Below, piece by piece: positions 40,800-49,107 of a stretch of 64,000 nucleotides of DNA; the stretch's first letter is position 1; the number at the start of each line of letters is the position of its first letter. Below the pieces are notes generated by a model. It ran no database searches and was not told the origin of the DNA. It saw only the letters and a list, made by a program, of their open reading frames with translations. Source of the stretch: Vicinamibacterales bacterium (GTDB lineage: Bacteria; Acidobacteriota; Vicinamibacteria; Vicinamibacterales; UBA2999); the NCBI GenBank assembly GCA_035711805.1, contig DASTBV010000100.1, positions 1,552-65,551 of the forward strand, read 5' to 3'. Both the position numbers and the translations under genes were made by a program.

Positions 40800-42350
40800 T
40801 TACTTCGAAGCCGCAGCCTGCAGGATCGTCAGGATCGCGCTCATGTCCCTGTTGCCGCGATTCTTCGCGAGCATGAGCGGAGTCTGACCGCGCTTGTTCT
40901 GGACGTCCAGCCTTGCGCCGCGCGCGACAAGCGCCCTGACGATCTCCGGAGAGGCGCGGCCTGAAACCGCGGCATGCAACGGAGTGTCGCCGGTGTTGTT
41001 CGTCGCGTTGATGTCGAGGCCGCGCGCGAGGAGCAGGTCGATCGTGGCCACGGCTTCCTCCGCCGATCCCTGATCGTAGGACGGCGCCGCGGGACTGCCG
41101 TCGCGCCAGCCGAGGCCGGAGGCGAACAGCAGCGCGTTGTTGCCATTCGCCAGCGTGGCCGCCGGGTCGGCGCCGGCGTCGAGCAGCAGCCGGACGATTG
41201 CGGCGTCACCCGACTTCGCCGCCCGCATCAGCGGCGTCGCGCCGGCGGCCAGCGTCGCGTCGCCGATGGTGTGCTGGCGCTGGATGATCGCGGCCTTCAG
41301 CTTCGCGTTCGGATCCGCCTTCTTCTCGAGCAGCCGTCTGGTGAGCTCGACGGCGTCGAGCGCGCCGGACGGCTTTGGATTCGGCCGCCCGTGACCGACG
41401 GCGAGGCGATGCATGTCGGCGGTGGCATAAAGCGGACCCATGCCGGCATCCTTGTCGGCAACATTCGGATCGGCGCCGGCGTCGAGAAGCATCGCCGCGA
41501 AATCGTAGTGGGCGTTGATGATCGCGATCACCAGCGCCGTGGCGCCGTCGGGATCGACCAGATCGAGCTTCGCGCCGAGGGACGCGAGCGCGCGACCGGC
41601 CTCGATGGCGTTGCCACGCGCCGCGTACATCAGCGGCGTCCAGCTGCCGAGCGGCAGGATCGACTGACCGCTCCGCCGCCGGTACGTCTGCGTCGCCGAG
41701 CGCACATCGACGTCGGCGCCGCGCGACGCCAGCAGCCGGACGGCATCGCCGTGGTTCTCGGCCGCCGCCCAATGCAGCGCCGTCTCCCCGTGCCACTTCT
41801 CGACCGCATTCACGTGCGCCCCTGCGCCGAGCAGGATTTCGAGCGCCTCGGGCCGTCCGGTGCGTGCCGCCGTCATCAGGATCGTCTCGCCTTCCGGGAG
41901 CACCGCGTTGACGTCCGCGCCCGCCGCAACGAGGCGTGTGATGACCGGCGCGCTGCCGTTCACTGCCGCCAGTTGCAATGCGGTGACGCCGTAGCGATTC
42001 GCCAGCTTCGCGTTCCCGCCCGCGCGCAGCAGCGTTCGCACCATGTCCACATCATCCGCGCGGGCTGCCCAGTGCAGCGCGGTCGTACCATCCGCTTCCG
42101 GTGCGTTCACGTCCACACGCTGCTTGATGAGGGATTGGACGGCGACACTGTTGCCGGCTTTGACGGCGGCGACAATCGGCGGCGTGGAGTCGGCGATTAC
42201 TACCGAGCCGAGTACAAGCGCAGCTGCAAGCGTGACAGATCGTGGGGCGAGCCGCGCCACCCCATCGCGCTCGCGCGACGGGGACCCCGGGGTCAGGCTC
42301 GCCCGCGCGGACGTGACAACGTCCGCGCCACGATCACTGGAAAGCAGCAT
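40800..42350 (-). CDS. ankyrin-repeat protein with N-terminal signal/anchor
   Basis: ATG at 42350 overlaps the DUF1552 stop (TAATG). It carries about 10 or more ANK repeats (e.g. TALHWAARADDVDMVRTLLRAGGN). The track ORF 40800..43697 is over-extended. Confidence 0.85.
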   Translation of the reverse strand: MLLSSDRGADVVTSARASLTPGSPSRERDGVARLAPRSVTLAAALVLGSVVIADSTPPIVAAVKAGNSVAVQSLIKQRVDVNAPEADGTTALHWAARADDVDMVRTLLRAGGNAKLANRYGVTALQLAAVNGSAPVITRLVAAGADVNAVLPEGETILMTAARTGRPEALEILLGAGAHVNAVEKWHGETALHWAAAENHGDAVRLLASRGADVDVRSATQTYRRRSGQSILPLGSWTPLMYAARGNAIEAGRALASLGAKLDLVDPDGATALVIAIINAHYDFAAMLLDAGADPNVADKDAGMGPLYATADMHRLAVGHGRPNPKPSGALDAVELTRRLLEKKADPNAKLKAAIIQRQHTIGDATLAAGATPLMRAAKSGDAAIVRLLLDAGADPAATLANGNNALLFASGLGWRDGSPAAPSYDQGSAEEAVATIDLLLARGLDINATNNTGDTPLHAAVSGRASPEIVRALVARGARLDVQNKRGQTPLMLAKNRGNRDMSAILTILQAAASK

Positions 42351-43684
42351 TAGAGTTGCAGCCGGCCGGTGCTTTCGCCGAACTTCTCGAGCGGCGTGCC
42401 GAACATGTCCGCCACACTGAGCCACACGTTCGCCACCGACGTCCATTCCGGCGCGACGATGAAGCGGTTGCCCCTGAGGCGGCCGCCGGCACCGCCCACC
42501 AGCGAGAACGGGAGCGGATAGGCGTTGTGCGCCTGGCCGTCGCTCATGCCGGTGCCGAAGGCGATCAGCGCGTGATCGAGCACGCTGCCGTCGCCCTCGG
42601 GCGCCGCCTTGAGCCGCTCGACGAACCTCGCGAAGAGCGCCGTGAAGTGCGTCGTGATCGTGGCGTGCTGCGCCATCTTGGCCGCCGCGTTGCCGTGGTG
42701 CGAGATGTCGTGGTGCGCCTCGCTGATGCCGAGCGCCGGGAACGTCCGCATGCTCGCCTCGCGCGCCGTCATGTAGGTGAAGACGCGCGTCAGGTCCGCC
42801 TGCCAGGCCACGGCCAGCAGGTCGAACATCAGCGCCGCGTGGTCGTCGAACGCTTCCGGAATGCCGACCGGGGCCGCCACCGCCGTGACGCTGGCCGAGT
42901 TCCGCGACTCGGTCAGCTGAATCCGCCGCTCGATCTCGCGCACGTCGTCCAGGTAATCGTCCAGCCGCGCGCGGTCCTGCGCTCCCACGCGCTTCTGCAG
43001 CCGGCGCGCTTCCTCGGCGATGGAGTCGAGGATGCTGCGGTTCTCCTGCATGCGCCGCAGACGGCTGGCCGCGTCGCCGGCGCGGCCGAACATCCGCTCG
43101 AAGGCGACGCGCGGGTTGATCTCCATCGGCAGCGGCGATGCCTCGCCGGCCCAGGAGATCGTGTTCATGTAGGTGCAGCTGTAGCCGGGAACGCAGCCGC
43201 CGATGTAGCCGGAGAAATCCTCGGTCGCGAACTCGAGCGACGGGAACGGCGACTCCTGGCCGATCTGCTTCGCGAGCACCTGGTCGATGGTGATCCCGAG
43301 GCTGATGTCCTGGGCTTCCGTCTGCTTGGCAACGACGCCGCTCAACCAGCCGGCGGAGCTGACCGCGTGGTCGGTGGCGTTCTTGCCGCCGGCACGTGAG
43401 AGGTTCCCGATGACGGTGACGTAGTCGCGATGCGGCGCCAGCGGCGTCAGGATCGGCGTGATCTCGAGTTCGCCCGCCGCCTTGGGCATCCAGCTCGTCG
43501 TTGGCGAGTTGCCCATCGGCGCGCCGTTGGGGACATAGACGGCGCCGAATCGCAGCGGCGCACCGGCGCGCTGCCGGCCGCGGGCGAACGCCGGTGTCAT
43601 GGCGTCCAGAAACGGCAGCGCCAGCGCGGTGCCGAGGCCGCGCAGGACGGTGCGACGGGACAACGCGGTCTTCGTTACGAACAT
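42350..43684 (-). CDS. DUF1552 domain protein with Tat-like signal
   Basis: ATG at 43684 (MFVTKTALSRRTVLRGLGTALALPFLDAM). FGAVYVPNG block. The pairing with an upstream DUF1592-type gene is the known arrangement. Confidence 0.9.
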   Translation of the reverse strand: MFVTKTALSRRTVLRGLGTALALPFLDAMTPAFARGRQRAGAPLRFGAVYVPNGAPMGNSPTTSWMPKAAGELEITPILTPLAPHRDYVTVIGNLSRAGGKNATDHAVSSAGWLSGVVAKQTEAQDISLGITIDQVLAKQIGQESPFPSLEFATEDFSGYIGGCVPGYSCTYMNTISWAGEASPLPMEINPRVAFERMFGRAGDAASRLRRMQENRSILDSIAEEARRLQKRVGAQDRARLDDYLDDVREIERRIQLTESRNSASVTAVAAPVGIPEAFDDHAALMFDLLAVAWQADLTRVFTYMTAREASMRTFPALGISEAHHDISHHGNAAAKMAQHATITTHFTALFARFVERLKAAPEGDGSVLDHALIAFGTGMSDGQAHNAYPLPFSLVGGAGGRLRGNRFIVAPEWTSVANVWLSVADMFGTPLEKFGESTGRLQL

Positions 43685-43700
43685 CCTTCGCTCCCACGAA

Positions 43701-43764
43701 CCACGGAGGCGCGGAAACACGGAGATTTCACCCTTCAAACCTCCGTGTCTTCGTGTCTCCGTGG
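43701..43764. repeat. nested inverted repeat (CACGGAG-type hairpin)
   Basis: CCACGGAG-gcgcggaa-ACACGGAG-(16 nt)-CTCCGTGT-cttcgtgt-CTCCGTGG. It fills the DUF1592-type/DUF1552 intergenic gap. Confidence 0.85.
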
Positions 43765-43767
43765 CCC

Positions 43768-46215
43768 TCATTCCGTCGACGCACGGCGCATCCGGAACGG
43801 CACGCTCTTCACGATGCCCACGAACAGCGACGAGAACCGGTAGTTCTGCCGGCTGGCGTCGCGAACGATTTGCCGGACGACAGGCATATCGTACGACTCC
43901 AGCCCCCGCCCGAGCGCGTAAATCATCAGCTTCTCGGTCAGCGTGAAAACGAATGCATCCTGGTGCCTGAGCAGGGCCTGCCGCAACTCGACGACGCCGT
44001 TGATCGCCGTCCCATCCGGGGCGAGGCCTGTCGCGTCGATCGGCGCGCCGGCCTCGCGAACCCGCCAGGCGCCGACGGCGTCGAAGTTTTCCAGCACGAA
44101 CCCGAGAGGATCGGTCACCCGATGACAGCCGGCGCACGCGGGACTCTCCCGATGAATCGCCATCCGTTCACGCATGGTCTTCGCGACGCGTCCCGGCGTC
44201 GGCTCCAGCGCCGGCACGTCGGCCGGTGGCGGAGGCGGCGGCGTCCCCAACAGGTTCTCGAGGATCCATTTGCCGCGCAGCACCGGCGCCGTGCGATCGG
44301 CGTGCGATGTGGCGAGGAGGATGCTGCCCTTGCCGAGGAGCCCGCGCCGCGCCTCGTCTGTCAGCGTCACGCGGCGGAATTGACTGCCGTAGACGTACGG
44401 GATGCCGTAGTGCTTCGCCAGCCGCTCGTTGACGAAGGTGTCGTCGGCGGTGAGCAGATCGAGAACCGGGCGGTCCTCGCGGAGCACGGCGCCGAAAAAC
44501 AGCTCGACCTCCCGCCGCAGGCCATCGCGCAGATCGTTGTCGAAGTCGGGGAACTCGTCGGTGTTCGGCGCCGCGTTCTGCAGGTTGCGCACGTGCAGCC
44601 ACTGGCCGGCGAAGTTCTGCAGCAACGCGTCGGCGCGCGGGTCTGCAATCATCCGCCGCACCTGCGCCTCGAGAACGGCCGGCCTGCGCAGCTGGCCCTG
44701 CTCGGCGAGCCGGAACAACGTGTCATCCGGCATGCTGCTCCAGAGGAAGAACGAGAGCCGCGTCGCCATCTCGTGGTCGTTCACCTGGAAGGCAACGCCC
44801 GGCTTCGCATCCGCACGGTCGTCCTCAACGCGGAACACGAACGACGGGCTCGCCAGCAGGCGGCGCAGCGCGAGCTGGATGCCGGTCTCGAACGTGCCCT
44901 TCCTGCGGCCGTCGCGGTAGAAGCCAAGCAGCGTGTCGAGTTCACCCGCGCGCAGCGGCCGCCGGTATGCCCTTCGCGCAAGGTTTGTCAGGATGCGCCG
45001 CGCGCAAGCCTCTTCCGATGTGGGGCGGGTTCCGTCGAGTCCTAATGCCACACGAGACGGACCCGCCGGATGACACATGAAGATCCGCCGACGGCTCAGG
45101 GTGTCGCCGGGGCCGGTCGGATTGAACGGACCGGCAATCGTCAGCGATTTCACATGCGGGCGGCCGGTTGAGTCGTAGGTGCCGGCGTTGCTGCGCAGGA
45201 ACGGCTGGAGACGGTTGGTCCCCTCACCAATCTTCCTGATCCACGCCGCCGCAACCAGCCGTGAGCCGGCCTTCACGGGCACGCGGACCCGCAGTCGCGC
45301 GTCGGTTGCATCGGACCGGTCCGTGACGACGCCACCCTGCGCGGTCTCCGCATCGCCGCCGACGGCGCCAAGGAACACGCGCGCACCGTCCACGGTGATC
45401 TCAAGCTGGTGCTTGTGCTCGAGTCCGCGGATGCCCTCCGTGTTGGTGCGGATCAGCGCCACCTGGAACTGATACTCGCCGTCGAGCGGAAAGTAGTGCC
45501 GGACACCGATGCCGCCAACGGTTCCAAGGGGCAGGCCGTCCTGATGCTGGCTCTGCGACTGATCGCCGCGCGTGAAGTAGTTCTCCGCCGCCGGCACGGT
45601 AGCGGGATCGCCGATCGCCAGCGCGCTGACCTTGTCCGCGGCGGTCAGATACCGCTCGAGCAGTGCCGGCGAGGGTGCCTGGAGGTCGGCGTTGTTGTCG
45701 AAACCGAACGCCGCGTCATCGGCAGGCAGCAGTGACCGGACGTCGACGTCGAGTGCGAGCAGGTCGCGGATGAGGTTGCCGTATTCCGCGCGATTCAGCC
45801 GGCGCAGCAGGGGACGGCCCGGATCGCGCGGCGCGCGATCGAGCTCCGCGGCGAACGTACCGATCAAAGCGGCAGTACCGGGAGCGTCGGGCCGTGGCAT
45901 GCCGGGCGGCGGCATGGCGCCCGCCCGCAGCTTCCGCAGCACCTCTTCCCACACCGGCGCATGGTCGCGGACGGAATCGCGAGAGACGACGTCGAGCGCC
46001 AGTCCGCCGGTCTTCGTCTTCTCGTTATGGCAGGAGACGCAGTACCGCGCGACGAGGCCATCGCGATCCAGATCCGCGGCGGTGCTGGCCCCGCTGAGGC
46101 GGGGTCCTACGTTCGATTGCGCCGCAGCGAACGGACTCACGCACCAGACGAGCGCGGCCACCGCGATCGCCGTCGTAGTGTCCGCCTCGAGGCGGACCTT
46201 CAGCGAAGGTTGCAT
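43768..46215 (-). CDS. PSCyt/DUF1587-DUF1592-DUF1595-DUF1588-DUF1585 multi-domain cytochrome-c-motif protein
   Basis: CVSCH near the N-terminus and CAGCH near the C-terminus. The length and block order are typical of the planctomycete-type family. The first 15 codons are REP-derived, and an alternative GTG start lies at 46161. Confidence 0.9.
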   Translation of the reverse strand: MQPSLKVRLEADTTTAIAVAALVWCVSPFAAAQSNVGPRLSGASTAADLDRDGLVARYCVSCHNEKTKTGGLALDVVSRDSVRDHAPVWEEVLRKLRAGAMPPPGMPRPDAPGTAALIGTFAAELDRAPRDPGRPLLRRLNRAEYGNLIRDLLALDVDVRSLLPADDAAFGFDNNADLQAPSPALLERYLTAADKVSALAIGDPATVPAAENYFTRGDQSQSQHQDGLPLGTVGGIGVRHYFPLDGEYQFQVALIRTNTEGIRGLEHKHQLEITVDGARVFLGAVGGDAETAQGGVVTDRSDATDARLRVRVPVKAGSRLVAAAWIRKIGEGTNRLQPFLRSNAGTYDSTGRPHVKSLTIAGPFNPTGPGDTLSRRRIFMCHPAGPSRVALGLDGTRPTSEEACARRILTNLARRAYRRPLRAGELDTLLGFYRDGRRKGTFETGIQLALRRLLASPSFVFRVEDDRADAKPGVAFQVNDHEMATRLSFFLWSSMPDDTLFRLAEQGQLRRPAVLEAQVRRMIADPRADALLQNFAGQWLHVRNLQNAAPNTDEFPDFDNDLRDGLRREVELFFGAVLREDRPVLDLLTADDTFVNERLAKHYGIPYVYGSQFRRVTLTDEARRGLLGKGSILLATSHADRTAPVLRGKWILENLLGTPPPPPPADVPALEPTPGRVAKTMRERMAIHRESPACAGCHRVTDPLGFVLENFDAVGAWRVREAGAPIDATGLAPDGTAINGVVELRQALLRHQDAFVFTLTEKLMIYALGRGLESYDMPVVRQIVRDASRQNYRFSSLFVGIVKSVPFRMRRASTE
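46171..46197 (-). repeat. REP-like hairpin element inside the first codons of the DUF1592-type ORF
   Basis: The reverse strand reads GTCCGCC-TCGA-GGCGGAC-ACTACGACG. It translates as KVRLEADTTT. Confidence 0.9.
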
Positions 46216-46353
46216 CAGAATTCCAGAAACCCGCGCTGCCGCGCGCGTGTGCCGGGGTACGAAGTGCCCGAATTTTACACCCGACCTTCGGGGACAAACC
46301 TGCGTCCTACCCTACAATTACGGGCGCCAGCCCTCATCCCCTGGAGGTCGTGA

Positions 46354-47229
46354 ATGTCGTTCAGGTGGTTCGTCCCTGTCCTGGTTGTTCTGAGCCTCTG
46401 CGCGGCCGGCGTCCGCGCGCAGGAACAGTTCACCCTGCTCGCCACCGTCCTCGACCCGGAGAAAGGCACTCCGGTCGAATCGCTGACGCCAGCGGACGTC
46501 CGCGTCACCGAAGACGGCCAGCCGGCCAAGGTTACGAAAGTGGACGCCGTCGTCCGTCAGGTCAAAGTCCAGATCCTCATCGACAACGGCGTCGGCATCG
46601 GCTCGAACCTGGCCGAGTTCCGCAGCGGTGTGCGCAACCTGCTCAGTAGCCTGCCGCCGGACGTCGAAACGACGGTGGTGACGACATCGCCCCAGGGGCG
46701 CTTTCTCGTGCGGGCGACCAAGAACCGCGACGAGCTGCTCAAGGGCGTTGACCGCCTCGCGCCCGACTCCGCAACGGGACGATTCACCGAGTCGCTCAGC
46801 GAAGCGATCGAGCGGGCCAACAAGGAGAAGGACACCTTCACGGTCATCATCTGCGCCGCCACGACGAGCGGCGACGGCCAGGTTATGGCCGCCCACATGC
46901 AGCGCGTCATCAACGCGCTGGGCGGCCGCCCGATCATCGTTCATGTGCTGATGTACTCAGGCGAACGATCGGCGACCGGGGGCGACGCGCAGATCGATCT
47001 CGGGCAGCGCGTCACGAAGATGACCGGCGGGCGCTACGAGAACATCAACAACATGACCCGCTACGTGACCCTGCTTCCGGAGCTCGGCGCCGATGTCGCC
47101 AAACAGGCGACGGGCAACACGCGGCAGTTCCGGATTACGGCACAGCGGCCGGACGGCAAGAAGGGCGAGTTCGGCAAGCTGGCAATGAGCTCCGGGCCGC
47201 GCGCCGTGACGAGCGTAAGGCTGGAATAG
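46354..47229 (+). CDS. VWA-domain protein (TIGR03436-like acidobacterial VWFA-related)
   Basis: Signal peptide. N-terminal strand FTLLATVLDPEKGTPVESLTPADVRVTEDGQPAKV, followed by a VWA-like alternating pattern. GGAGG SD lies upstream. Confidence 0.8.
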   Translation: MSFRWFVPVLVVLSLCAAGVRAQEQFTLLATVLDPEKGTPVESLTPADVRVTEDGQPAKVTKVDAVVRQVKVQILIDNGVGIGSNLAEFRSGVRNLLSSLPPDVETTVVTTSPQGRFLVRATKNRDELLKGVDRLAPDSATGRFTESLSEAIERANKEKDTFTVIICAATTSGDGQVMAAHMQRVINALGGRPIIVHVLMYSGERSATGGDAQIDLGQRVTKMTGGRYENINNMTRYVTLLPELGADVAKQATGNTRQFRITAQRPDGKKGEFGKLAMSSGPRAVTSVRLE

Positions 47230-47232
47230 GAA

Positions 47233-47299
47233 CAGGGATCAGGGATCAGGGATCGGGGATCAGGGATCGGGGATTAGGGATCGGGGATTAGGGATCAGG
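47233..47299 (+). repeat. heptamer tandem array (YRGGGAT) x9 with nine G3-4 tracts
   Basis: cagggat x3, cggggat, cagggat, cggggat, tagggat, cggggat, tagggat, cagg. It lies between the VWA stop and the sugar-dehydrogenase RBS. Confidence 0.95.
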
Positions 47300-47340
47300 C
47301 GGCAAGGCTCGGACGTCTGATAGCTGGAAGGAGCAGGCGT

Positions 47341-48534
47341 ATGTTTCGAGTGATCAGCAGGCTGGCCGCGGTTGCCCTCGTCGTCGCGGGGACGGCCACG
47401 CTGTCCGGTAACACCATGTTCACCTCCGCCGTGCACGACTACCGCGTCGTCACCGTGGTGGACGGCCTGGTGCAACCCTGGTCGATCGCCTTTCTGCCAG
47501 GCGGCCCCTCGACTGGGCTCGGGGCCGGTGACATGCTGATCACCGAGCGCCCAGGCCGCTTGCGCATCGTCAGGAACGGCAAGCTCCTGCCGCAGGCGGT
47601 CGACGGTGTGCCCAAGGTATTCCATTCCTCCCAGGGCGGCCTGCTCGAGGTGATGCCGCATCCGAACTTCGCATCGAATCGTCTTCTCTATCTGACGTAC
47701 TCGAAGCCGGGGGCGACCGACGCACAGGCGACGACCACACTCATTCGCGGGCGCTTTGAAAACGACCGCCTGACGAACGTGCAGCAGCTCTTCGAGGCTG
47801 TCGCGCAGGGACGCAATCACTTCAGCGGCAAGATTGCCTTCGACGGCAAGGGCTACCTGTTCCTGTCGGCCGGCGATCGGCAGGCGCCGCCGGAAGGCAA
47901 CCTCGAGGCGCATCCGGCGCAGAACGTCGCGAACCATCAGGGCAAAATCATCCGGCTGCACGACGACGGGCGCGTGCCGGCGGACAATCCGCTGTCGAAG
48001 CAGGCGGGGGCACGGCCGGAGATCTGGAGCTACGGTCACCGCAACGTGCAGGGCCTGGCGATCCACCCGACCACGGGCGAACTGTGGGCCAACGAACATG
48101 GACCGCAGGGCGGCGACGAGTTGAATCGCGTCCAGCCGGGCCAGAACTACGGCTGGCCGGTGATCGGCTACGGCGTCAACTACAACACCGGCGCCGCCAT
48201 CCATGCCGGGACGCACCGCGACGGGATGCAGCAGCCGGTCAACATCTGGGTGCCGTCGATCGGCATCTCCGGGCTGATGATCTACACCGGCGATCGATTC
48301 CCGAAGTGGCGCGGCAATATTTTCGTCGGCGGCATGGCGGCGCAGCAGCTCTCGCGCCTCACCGTCGAGGGATCGCGCGTCGTCAGTCAGGAACTGCTGG
48401 TGCAGCGGATGGGCCGGATCCGTGACGTACGGCAGGGCCCCGATGGCTACATCTACCTGGTCACCGACGACCGCGATGGCAAACCGACTCCGGTGTACCG
48501 CATGGAGCCGGTCGAGCGGGCGCCGATCAAATAA
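47341..48534 (+). CDS. PQQ-dependent sugar dehydrogenase (GSDH/sorbosone dehydrogenase family)
   Basis: Motifs PWSIAFLPGG...MLITERPGRLRIV, HFSGKIAFD, HRNVQGLAIHPTTGELWANEHGPQGGDELN and NYGWP. Confidence 0.9.
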   Translation: MFRVISRLAAVALVVAGTATLSGNTMFTSAVHDYRVVTVVDGLVQPWSIAFLPGGPSTGLGAGDMLITERPGRLRIVRNGKLLPQAVDGVPKVFHSSQGGLLEVMPHPNFASNRLLYLTYSKPGATDAQATTTLIRGRFENDRLTNVQQLFEAVAQGRNHFSGKIAFDGKGYLFLSAGDRQAPPEGNLEAHPAQNVANHQGKIIRLHDDGRVPADNPLSKQAGARPEIWSYGHRNVQGLAIHPTTGELWANEHGPQGGDELNRVQPGQNYGWPVIGYGVNYNTGAAIHAGTHRDGMQQPVNIWVPSIGISGLMIYTGDRFPKWRGNIFVGGMAAQQLSRLTVEGSRVVSQELLVQRMGRIRDVRQGPDGYIYLVTDDRDGKPTPVYRMEPVERAPIK

Positions 48535-48536
48535 AC

Positions 48537-48631
48537 CGTTCGAATCGTTCGAATCGTTCGAATCGTTCGAGTCGTTCGAGTCGTTCGAGTCGTTCGAGTC
48601 GTTCGAGTCGTTCGAGTCGTTCGAGTCGTTC
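48537..48631. repeat. nonamer tandem array, 10.5 units of CGTTCGA(A/G)T
   Basis: 3 x CGTTCGAAT, then 7 x CGTTCGAGT, then CGTTC. I counted it base by base. Confidence 0.95.
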
Positions 48632-48992
48632 AGCGGGTCGCGCGAACCTCCGCCGCTCTCGCCTTGATCAGCCGCTTGACCAGCGCCACTGGCAACGGCT
48701 GGTCGAGCGGAAACTGAATCGTCCCCTTCGACGTCTTGTAGCCCTTCAGACTGGCGGCGTACGCGCGCCTGATTCGATCGCCCATCGGATACAGGCTGGT
48801 GTGCTCCCGGAACGCCGCGTAATAGACGAACACTTTCCCGTCCAACCGGAAACCGGGAATCCGATAGGAAAAGGTTTCGACTGCCGACGGGGCGATAGAT
48901 TTGACGATCGCGCGCATCTCCTTCATCCGCCGGCGTGACGGCGGCGGCAGCGCGGCGAAATACTCGCGAACCAGCTCTGCGGGAGTTGCCAT
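48630..48992 (-). CDS. DUF1801 (YdhG-like) domain protein
   Basis: AAGGAG lies 7 nt upstream of the ATG at 48992. Family-like pattern: IAPSAVETFSYRIPGFRLDGKVFVYYAAFREHTSLYP...GTIQFPLDQPLP. The gene is bracketed by inverted nonamer arrays. Confidence 0.8.
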   Translation of the reverse strand: MATPAELVREYFAALPPPSRRRMKEMRAIVKSIAPSAVETFSYRIPGFRLDGKVFVYYAAFREHTSLYPMGDRIRRAYAASLKGYKTSKGTIQFPLDQPLPVALVKRLIKARAAEVRATR

Positions 48993-49011
48993 TGCGCAGC
49001 TCCTTGTTGCG

Positions 49012-49107
49012 ACGATTCGAACGAACCGAACGACTCGAACGACTCGAACGACTCGAACGACTCGAACGACTCGAACGACTCGAACGACTCGAACGACTCG
49101 AACGATT
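49012..49107. repeat. nonamer tandem array, reverse complement of the 48537 array
   Basis: ACG, then ATTCGAACG, then AACCGAACG, then 8 x ACTCGAACG, then ATT. Confidence 0.95.

Noticed and set aside
42351-43697. N-terminal 449 residues of the 965-aa track ORF 40800..43697
   Set aside because: This part overlaps the DUF1552 gene in another frame and looks like Arg/Gly/Ala-rich out-of-frame (same-strand) shadow sequence. The ankyrin protein starts at the ATG at 42350, coupled to the DUF1552 stop.
42356-45045. + strand ORFs 42356..43399 and 43501..45045
   Set aside because: They are antisense to the DUF1552 and DUF1592-type genes. No recognisable domains are present.
48537-49107. Possible CRISPR array
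   Set aside because: The units are contiguous 9-mers with no spacers. The repeat length is far below CRISPR repeats. No cas genes are in the window.
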